Assembly (NCBI GenBank): GCA_964016885.1
Contig: OZ024749.1
Location: 12,710,001-12,774,000, forward strand
DNA: 64,000 bases
Reading direction: 5' to 3'
DNA from: Eledone cirrhosa
Taxonomy: Eukaryota
Below, piece by piece: positions 55,381-64,000 of the stretch. The position numbers and the translations under genes are program-made. The notes under the pieces were generated by a model. That model searched no databases. It was not told the origin of the DNA and saw only the letters and a list, made by a program, of their open reading frames with translations. Position 1 is the stretch's first letter; each line of letters starts with the position of its first letter.

Positions 55381-55693
55381 TGAGGAGCAGCCTTCATCGT
55401 TTCTTGATGTCTACCACCACCCTCCTCTCGGCTTTTCTTTGGGAGGGGGGAGGGGGCGTTTCCCTATCTAGGTAGTAGGGTCTGATATGGTTCATGCTAC
55501 CCACATGTAACAAGTGTGGTGGTGGTGGTGGTGAGTGGGGGAGATATGGAGGATGTACGGGGAGCGAGACGCGGGTGGAGGAGATGGAAGGCGTTGGTGG
55601 AGGTGAACAGGTACAATTACTACCTTCTATTTTTTACCATAAAGTCTGATTAACAAGGTTTATTTAAAGGACATTTTAGAACTACACAAATCT

Positions 55694-56147
55694 TTAACCC
55701 TTTTCACCGCCATATTTCTACTTTAGGCACAAGATCAGTAATTTGAAGGGGGAAGGGTCAATTAAATCAACCTAGTACGTTACTGGTACTTTATTTTATC
55801 GCTTCCGTAAGGATGAAAGGCGAAAGGCAAAGCTAACCTCCGCGGGATTTGAACTCAGAACGTAAAGGGACATAGCTCTATGTTGCGAAGCAGGGTGTCC
55901 AACGCTCTACTGATTCTGCCAATCTACACATATTTCTAATGTATATACATTGTATCTGAATTAAGAATTTCGAGGGAATTTACCAATTAGTTCATTATTA
56001 AGATAGTACTTGTAAACAGCTTATCAAAAGGTTCTTATAGAAAATTATGTCAGCATTTCTCCAATTTAAATATGAACCCTTTAAAATGGATGGTTTATTC
56101 CACAGAACCAGAGTCGGGTTTAGGCAGGTTGGTATCAAAAGGGTTAA
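55694..56147. mobile_element. piggyBac-like family A, complete, containing a SINE-A (55714-55925, minus)
   Basis: TTAAccctttt ... aaaagggTTAA; catatttcta repeated on both sides of the SINE. Confidence 0.75.
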
Positions 56148-56770
56148 GTCAGGTGCCAGGACCCAATGTTTGATATTATCTGTGTCTTGGAGACATTTTT
56201 AATGTAATGGGAGCTATTTTTAACACGTCCCCTTAACATGGTCGTTCCCATATGTTATCTTATATATCACCAGATGTTATCTTATATATCACCAGATGTT
56301 TTTTGTATGTTTTTGAAATACCTGATCCACTCCAACCTTTGCAGGCATCATACAGATTATACAAAAATTCAAATTAATTGATGTTATTAAAGTTATCTCC
56401 CTTGGTTGTTTGCTGATAAAACATAAAAAAAAACACTCCCCAGAGGGATTTATGACATCAGTTCATTGAAGTTTTTTAACTCAATTATATATATGAGACC
56501 CGAACGTATATATATATATTTAATATGCATAACCTTGGATATTTGACATATATACATACACCATTGTATGTCGACTTTTCCATCGCTTGGGTTGGGCCAG
56601 CTGAATGCCCTTCCCCCCTTTCTCTCTTATATATATATATTAGAAAGTGAGGTTTTTTTTACAAAATGAAAAAACCCCGGTGTCCTACACGAGTGAGAGT
56701 ATAAGGAAAAAAGATGAAATCGAAAATGCAACTAGAGTCTTTTTTTTTTTAAATATACATTTATTTGGTT

Positions 56771-56808
56771 CCTTTACCGGTTTCGCAGTTCTTCTGCTTT
56801 TCAAAAGT
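56771..56808 (-). ncRNA. Minimal hammerhead motif with U3-A8 core variant
   Basis: ctt-TTGAAAA-gcag-aagaa-ctgc-GAAA-ccgg-TA-aag, then AATAAA. Confidence 0.6.
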
Positions 56809-56839
56809 AGAGTTGAGATGGAGGGTTTGTGGTTTTTCT

Positions 56840-56899
<60 letters not shown>

Positions 56900-56914
56900 C
56901 ATAAACATACATAT

Positions 56915-57210
56915 CTTGCGAGTTGGATCTCCGCTGTATCCGACGAGTGTTCTAGCTGTTAGAACAGCGAAACAGCCTGCTTACGGAAGTTAACGTGTAA
57001 GTGGCTGAGCATTCCACAAATACGTATACTCTTAGTCCTCAGTAAGACAAGGGTGGCCAGTTGAAATTACAGGTAAAACCCATATTTGCCAGCTGGGTGG
57101 ACTGGAATAACATGAAATAAAGTGTCTTGCTCAAGGACACAACGGGAATGGAATCGCGACCTTAAGATCACGAACCCAACACCCTAACCACTAAGCTACC
57201 TGTCTTCACA
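56915..57210 (-). mobile_element. tRNA/CORE SINE with a different 3' part
   Basis: rc gtagcttagtggttagggtg..gtgtccttgagcaagacactttatttca..ccagtccacccagctgg. Confidence 0.8.
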
Positions 57211-57304
57211 CATATTTGCTATACAAGCATATTATATATGCATGTGTAAAATTTATATACACACCTACATCGAACCATGCCATATATCCACGATAATAAA
57301 TAAT

Positions 57305-57862
57305 GGTTTCTGATTTAGGGCACAAGGCCGACCATCTTGAGGCGAGGGTGACTAAATCCGCCCCAGTACATTACCGCTACTTTATTCTATCGACCCCGTA
57401 AGGATGAAAGGCAAAGCTAGTCTCGGTTGTATATGAACTCAGAACGTAAAGGGCTGTAACTATGCCATAAAAATGTTCGATGCTCTACTGATTACCACCA
57501 ATCCATCACCCTTAATAATTGCAATAACTGTTTCTACATTTGGCACAAGGCCAGCAATTTGAAGGGTAAAGTCGATTAAATCTACCCTGGTGTATTACTG
57601 GTACTTTATTTTATCGATCCTTTAAGAATGAAAGACAAAGCTAACCTCGGCGGGATTTGAATTCAGAACGTGAAGGCCAGTAACTCTATGCCGTGAAGCA
57701 GGGTGTCCAACGCTCTATCGGTACATAGTGCCAACAATTTTGGGGGATGGGAAAGCCGATTAAATGGACCCTAATACGTAACTGGTACTTTATTTTATCA
57801 ACCCTGTAAGGATGAAAGGCAAAACTAACCTCGGCGGGATTCGAACTTGGAACAGAACGTAA
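57305..57862 (-). mobile_element. Three consecutive older SINE-A copies
   Basis: Three rc cores (gatgaaaggcaaag / gaatgaaagacaaag) at ~57403, ~57626 and ~57810. Confidence 0.85.
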
Positions 57863-58139
57863 AGAAAAGGGGCCAGAAAAACACCATAAGGCACTTTAAC
57901 GATTCTGTTAAACCAAATACACTTAAAGAAAGATTCCCTGAGTGGATTCTTCAAAGGTAATAATAATAAAAATAATAATGATAATACGATAAGGCTATCA
58001 TTGAAAAACGAAGGAAGGTCTGGTTGGCGATGAAAAATGGGAATATTGATAAGAAACTACTTAAATGACTATTATAAAAACTGACGGACAGTCTGTCTTC
58101 TGTATGTAGTGCTGCCTCTGTGTGTATATAGATAGATAT

Positions 58140-58605
58140 ATGTGAATATATACATTTATATGCATACATACATTCACATATATAACCTACATACATACAT
58201 ACACATATATAATCTACATACATACACATATATAATCTACATACATACATACATACACATATATAACCTACATACATACACATATATAGGTAGGTATATA
58301 TGTGTATGTATATATACATTTATATGCATACATACATTCACATATATAATCTACATACATACATACACATATATAATCTACATACATACATACACATATA
58401 TAATCTACATACATACATACACATATATAATCTACATACATACATACACATATATAATCTACATACATACATACACATATATAATCTACATACATACATA
58501 CATACATACACATATAGGTAGGTATATATGAGTATGTATATACATTTATATGCATACATACTTTCACATATATAACCTACATACATACATATATATGTAT
58601 GTATG
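58140..58605. repeat. 27-bp (CATA)-rich minisatellite
   Basis: Unit atataatctacatacatacatacacat. Confidence 0.92.
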
Positions 58606-58691
58606 TAAAAGGTAAACAGAAATAACAACACAATCAGTACAGTATATGGAAGGGATATATTAGGTTAACGCTTGATATAGCAGGAAGAGGG

Positions 58692-58727
58692 TCTTAACGT
58701 TTCGGCCGCTAGTCCTTCATCAGAAGA
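58692..58727 (-). ncRNA. Minimal type-I hammerhead motif, Penelope-type
   Basis: tctt-CTGATGA-agg-actagcgg-cc-GAAACGTT-aaga; intact core, palindromic ACGT stem III. Confidence 0.75.
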
Positions 58728-58833
58728 AATAATGAGAAATAAGATAGATTGAGGGGACGGGCGGGATGGAATTGGAAAAAAATATCTTTAGATAAAAATA
58801 ACAGGTCCCTTGCAATATACACATATAGGTATG

Positions 58834-58883
<50 letters not shown>

Positions 58884-58976
58884 CAAAAGGATATTCAATT
58901 TGTTGGTAATTCAACAAATATAAATGTTTATAACTGATTCAGAGCACTCGACAAGTTTTCTGGAGTATAATATTCA

Positions 58977-59142
58977 ATGATATTTAATAAATGGAAACTA
59001 TATTTATAAAACCATATTTATTCCAGTATATATATTTCAAGGGTACCAAAACTTTGGTACGCTTTCATCAGATAAAATACAAAGTTTGTTTTATAAATTT
59101 TGACATAACCAAGAAAAGATACCTTAACGGTTCAAGTTTTTC
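58977..59142 (-). mobile_element. Hammerhead-bearing family H1 copy (motif 59021-59077)
   Basis: ttttatCTGATGAaag-cgtaccaaagttttggtacc-cttGAAAtatataTA. Confidence 0.8.
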
Positions 59143-59328
59143 TTTATATATATATATATAGAGAGAAAGAGTGTGTGAGAGAGGAATAGTGTGTGTGTGT
59201 GTTTGAGAGAGAGGGAGTGTGTATGTGAGCATCAGAAGGAAGGAAGAAAGGGTTGGTGGGTAGTGGGAGAAAGTGGTGAAAGGGATTTGTAGGTAATGTC
59301 TAAAATAGCTCTAAATACGGAGGGGAGC

Positions 59329-60061
59329 TTAACCTTTTAAATACCAGTCTGTAACTGACCCTCGTTCTTTCATACAAAGCTCTTTATACTTAAGTGTTTT
59401 TTAAACTGTTTATCTAAATATCTTCCACTATAATTTTATGTAAGAACCTTTGTTAAGTTATATTCCGAACGCCAGTTTAATAAAAAAACAAAAAAAACAA
59501 GTTTTTTTTCGAAGTTTTTTTTAGTTATTTGAAAACCATAGGCAGTGTCCTTCATTAGAAATATGGTAAGGAATAGGTTAATGACATAGGCAGTGTCCTT
59601 CATTAGAAATGTGGTAAGGAATGGGTTAATGACATAGGCAGTGTCCTTCATTAGAAATGTGGTAAGGAATAGGTTAATGACATAGGCAGTGTCCTTCATT
59701 AGAAATATGGTAAGGAATAGGTTAATGACATAGGCAGTGTCCTTCATTAGAAATGTGGTAAGGAATAGGTTAATGACATAGGCAGTGTCCTTCATTAGAA
59801 ATATGGTAAGGAATAGGTTAATGACATAGGCAGTGTCCTTCATTAGAAATATGGTAAGGAATAGGTTAATGACATAGGCAGTGTCCTTCATTAGAAATGT
59901 GGTAAGGAATAGGTTAATGACATAGGCAGTGTCCTTCATTAGAAATATGGTAAGGAATAGGTTAATGACATAGGCAGTGTCCTTCATTAGAAATATGGTA
60001 AGGAATAGGTTAATGACATAGGCAGTGTCCTTCATTAGAAATGTGGTAAGGAATGGGTTAA
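59329..60061. mobile_element. piggyBac-like family A, complete, with an 11 x 48-bp terminal array (59536-60061)
   Basis: TTAAcctttt ... gaatgggTTAA; array unit is an rc variant of the 15359 unit. Confidence 0.85.
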
Positions 60062-60119
60062 CGTTTTCATAGTTTACTCTTTATGTTCTATACCCCAGAT
60101 TAATAATGAGAAAGTTAGT

Positions 60120-60312
60120 AAAATGGCAGAATCGGTAGAACGTCGGACATGTATGGTGACATAGAGTTATGGCTCTTTACGTTCTAAGTTGAAATCCCGC
60201 TGAGGTTATCTTTGCTTCTCATCCTTACGTACCAGTAATGTACCAGTAATTCATTGGGGTCGATTTAATCGACTTTCTTCTCCCCCACAAAATTTGTACC
60301 TAAATCAGAAAT
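60120..60312 (+). mobile_element. SINE-A, old copy
   Basis: tggcagaatcggtaga..gttgaaatcccgctgagg. Confidence 0.7.
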
Positions 60313-60314
60313 CC

Positions 60315-60897
60315 TTATTTTCAAAATGATTTCAAAATCATAGGCAGAGTCTTATATTAGTGGCAAATGTTAAAAATCTTATATTTATTTATCTAAAATA
60401 CATTCCATAATAATGCCATGTACCTTCGTTGAGTTATGTTCCAAAGTTGAACATGGTAATGAATGAATGAGCTAGTGTATTTCATTAGAAATATTGGCAG
60501 CAAAAGTGTTTATATTTATTCATCTAAAAACATTCCATCATAATTTTATGTAGGAACCTTCGTTAAGATATGTTCCAAAAACAAACTTAATAATGAGAAA
60601 ATTATATTTACAATTTAATAATGAGAAAGTTAACTGTATTGAATATTACTAAATCCCACTAAATTTTTGATTATTTTCAAAATTATTTGAAAGTTTTTAA
60701 GTGTTTATATTTATCTTAAAAAAACTTCCGTCATAATTTTATGTAATAACCTTTGTTAAGTTATGTTCCAAACTCCAACCTAATAATGAGAAAGTTGTCA
60801 TATTACTAAATCCCTCCAAATTCCTGATTATTTTCAAAACGATTTGAAAATCCTAGGCAGTGTCTTTCATTAGAAATATGGCAATGGAAGAGTTAAA
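60315..60897 (-). mobile_element. Tandemly reiterated family-A body fragments ending in a single terminal unit
   Basis: ggcagtgtctttcattagaaatatggcaatggaagagTTAA at ~60856-60896. Confidence 0.65.
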
Positions 60898-61277
60898 AGA
60901 CATTAGAAAGAATGAGGAACAGCCTGTCTTATGTGGCTTCTACTTTCTAGTGACACAGCACTGGGGCAGGCGTCGGGTGGGGGAGACTGGTATCGGGTGG
61001 CGGTGGGGGAGACTGGGGTCGGGGTCGGGTGGGGAGAAAGGATTTGTAGGCTAAATCTAAAATATGTCTGAATAAGGAGGGAAGCTTAAGGATGGAACGA
61101 ACTGTAGATGAGACGAGATAGAATTAGATAGGAAGGAGGGAGAGAGTGAGATGGGGAGGGGATATGGAGGAGGGGAAACTTGTGGTGTGTGTCTGTGTGT
61201 TTATATTTGTGTCTATATATGTGTGAGGTCTGTATTATACAAGATCCGGGCTCGAATATATGCGCGTGTAGAGTTTG

Positions 61278-61332
<55 letters not shown>

Positions 61333-61342
61333 GTAGAGTTTG

Positions 61343-61400
<58 letters not shown>

Positions 61401-61514
61401 TATACTTGGAGAGGGTCGTATTGTTGTAATAATATTGCCAGAATTAACAGAACACACTGTTTGGTTGGTTTTCGCTTCTGTATCTTTTATATATGCATTA
61501 TATATATATATATA

Positions 61515-61699
61515 GAGGCGGTGGATTGGCAGTATCGGTAGAGGGTCGGACGCCATGCTTTCCAGCATAGTTACGTCCCTTTACGATCTGAGTTCAAATC
61601 CCGCCGAGGTTGACTTTGCCTTTCATCCTTGCGGGGTCGATAAAATAAAGTACCAGTAATGTACTGGATAATTGCTGGCCTTGTGCCAAAGGTAGAAAC

Positions 61700-61703
<4 letters not shown>
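61515..61703 (+). mobile_element. SINE-A, full length, in (TA)n
   Basis: gaggcggtggattggcagtatcgg...gtagaaacaatt. Confidence 0.95.
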
Positions 61704-61727
<24 letters not shown>

Positions 61728-61730
<3 letters not shown>

Positions 61731-61925
61731 GGAACAAGTAAGACCCCGACGGCTGAGCTCAAGCCGTTTCGACGGCTAATTCTGTACCGAATTAGCCGAC
61801 GAAACGGCTTGAGCTCAGCCGTCGGGGTCTTACTTGTTCCTATTACCCACTCTACTACCCTAAGTATTGAGTACTTTGGTGCGTTATGGTCCACCTGGTT
61901 CCTTACCACATTTCCTTCGTTATAT
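61728..61925. mobile_element. Foldback family F2 (palindrome 61728-61843 plus extension)
   Basis: rc homologue of 51332-51520. Confidence 0.85.
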
Positions 61926-62086
61926 ATATGTGTGTGTGTGTGTATATTTATGTGTATATATGTATGTGTGTATATGTATGTGTGTATGTATATATACATG
62001 TATTTATGTGTGCGTGTGTGTGTGTATATATATATATAAATACATATATATATGTGTGTGTGTGTGTGTGTATATATATATGTATT

Positions 62087-62118
<32 letters not shown>

Positions 62119-62252
62119 CTGACGAGGTTAATCCTGTTTGCTCATAATTACTCAAAGAGATATGGTATGAACTTTTATCGAACCAAACCTGTCTCAGATG
62201 CTATCAAAGTGTGTATTAATAATGTGGCGTTTGCACTTGCAGTGTGTGTGTG

Positions 62253-62287
<35 letters not shown>

Positions 62288-62607
62288 CTGTCTGTGTGTG
62301 TGTGTAAATAAATAAATATATATATATATATAAATATAGTATATAAAGAGTTTGTTAATGGAACAGCGGACGAAGTTTGAAAGTAGAAATATAATCTTAC
62401 GCCGTATTAACGAAATTAGTCTGATGAGGCTTTTTAAACACCAATGGGAAACGGATGCTAAAAAATCCCCACTATCAGATATATATATATGTGCATGTGT
62501 TGGGTATATAATATATATATATATTATATAGACAGTCTCTACGTGTCATCTTATTTTGTATATGTGAAGAATAGAGAAGCGATCTTTAAATAATATATAT
62601 ATATATA

Positions 62608-62790
62608 TAATTGTTTCTACGTTAGGCACAAGGCCAGCAATTACCCAGTGTATTACTGGTACTTTATTTTATCGACCCCGTAAGGATGAAAGGCAAAGTC
62701 AACCTCGGCGGGATTTGAACTCAGATCGTAAAGCGACGTAACTATGCTGGAAAGCATGGCGTCCGACCCTCTACCGAAACTGCCAATCCA
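62608..62790 (-). mobile_element. SINE-A
   Basis: rc of consensus. Confidence 0.93.
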
Positions 62791-62895
62791 ATATATAACG
62801 TTTATCCAATATATATATATAAGATGTTTATCCAATATATATATATATATAAGATGTTTATCCAATATATATATATATATATATATATGATGTTT

Positions 62896-62932
<37 letters not shown>

Positions 62933-62935
62933 TTT

Positions 62936-62976
<41 letters not shown>

Positions 62977-62979
62977 TTT

Positions 62980-63018
<39 letters not shown>

Positions 63019-63196
63019 TTTATCCAATATATATATATATATATGATGTTTATCCAATATATATATGATGTTTATCCAATATATATATATATATATATGA
63101 TATTTATCCAATATATATATATATATATATGATGTTTATCCAATATATATATATAATATTTATCCAATATATATATATAGGATGTTTATCCAATAT
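62786..63196. repeat. gatgtttatccaat + variable (AT)n minisatellite
   Basis: ~14 units. Confidence 0.92.
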
Positions 63197-63543
63197 GAAA
63201 AATTTAAGCCACTATATTGATCTTACGCTTGTTTCTACAAGAATGACATGAAAATAAATAGGCAACACTGAAAAAGTTCTCTCAAGCTCCATAATAAATA
63301 TGTATCTATATATTTATAATCTGAGCATTAACTCAAGGAATGTAGTATTAAAAAGTAACTCCAAGTCAATCTTGTGTCATCAGAGGAGACAAAATACACA
63401 AAGTAAACGTCAGTAAGAACACATCTATATATCGCAATTTCTTCACTAGAACTTTTTCTTGAGTGTGTGTATGTATATATATATATATATATATATATAC
63501 GATATATTAACAAATGGAAACTATATTTATAAAACCATATTTA

Positions 63544-63604
63544 TTTCATTATACATATTTCAAGGACACCAAATTAAATTATGGTGTGCTTTCATCAGAT
63601 AAAA
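63544..63604 (-). ncRNA. Type-I hammerhead motif (H1)
   Basis: rc twin of 63870-63930. Confidence 0.75.
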
Positions 63605-63869
63605 TATAATATAGATCACTTTCATAAATAAATATTGACATACCCTTAAAAAATGCAACCATTACTGTTGGAAGCTCCCTGATAGTGGAGTTGTAGATTT
63701 AATTATATTATTAGTATTGGATATTTTTATTTTAAAAATAAGCCGTTGGGTTACGGAGAAAGAGAAAGATAGAGAAGGAGAGAGAGAGAAAGAAAGAGAG
63801 ACAGAGAGAAAATAGTTGCATTCTTTAAGGATATGTCAATATTTATTTATAAAACTGATCTATATTATA

Positions 63870-63930
63870 TTTTATCTGATGAAAGCACACCATAATTTAA
63901 CTTGGTGTCCTTGAAATATGTATAATGAAA
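63870..63930 (+). ncRNA. Type-I hammerhead motif (H1), intact core
   Basis: ttttat-CTGATGA-aag.acacca/tggtgt.ctt-GAAA-tatgta-TA-atgaaa; stems I and II pair, near-palindromic stem III. Confidence 0.78.
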
Positions 63931-64000
63931 TAAATATGGTTTTATAAATATAGTTTCCATTTGTTAATATCGTATTTTTACTCCAAATATTTGTTGAGTG

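Larger units (their letters stand above)
63497..63975. mobile_element. Inverted pair of hammerhead-bearing family H1 copies (~160-bp arms, ~155-bp spacer)
   Basis: 63497-63660 is the rc of 63815-63975. Confidence 0.88.

Noticed and set aside
56934-56986. Hammerhead-like string CCGACGA-stem-GAAAC on the plus strand
   Set aside because: The core and cleavage triplet are both non-canonical, and the segment appears to be the antisense of the 3' tail of the adjacent CORE SINE; probably coincidental.
62115-62460. CTGACGAgg (62119) and CTGATGAgg (62421) half-motifs; also minus-strand CTGATGA at ~63377-63383 and ~49629-49635
   Set aside because: No properly placed GAAA plus stems; possibly decayed relics but not supportable.
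62786-63196. Constant 14-mer with variable spacers (CRISPR-like)
   Set aside because: The spacers are only (AT)n of varying length, i.e. slippage.

Overview
A repeat-saturated, AT-rich, non-coding eukaryotic window. It is most likely an intron or intergenic region of an octopus (coleoid cephalopod); this is inferred from the SINE families and the extreme (TA)n/(CA)n load, not proven. I recognise no host protein-coding exon. Nearly all long ORFs in the track are translations of micro- or minisatellites. The window contains: about 20 copies of a tRNA-headed SINE with a Meta-like central domain (SINE-A); about 10 copies or fragments of a tRNA/CORE SINE with RTE-derived (GAT)n tails (SINE-B); several RTE-clade LINE fragments, one with a twin-priming-type 5' inversion; two non-autonomous Helitrons; piggyBac-, hAT- and Tc1/mariner/Tigger-like MITEs; and many satellites. 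The least obvious signal is about 10 minimal type-I hammerhead-ribozyme motifs (CUGANGA...GAAA, short palindromic stem III). They belong to several unrelated short families that sit in (TA)n tracts and often form foldbacks, as expected for Penelope-like-element pseudo-LTR or retrozyme relics. There is also a candidate HDV-like ribozyme at an RTE-type 5' UTR. Coordinates were read by eye, and most boundaries are approximate (a few to about 20 bp).
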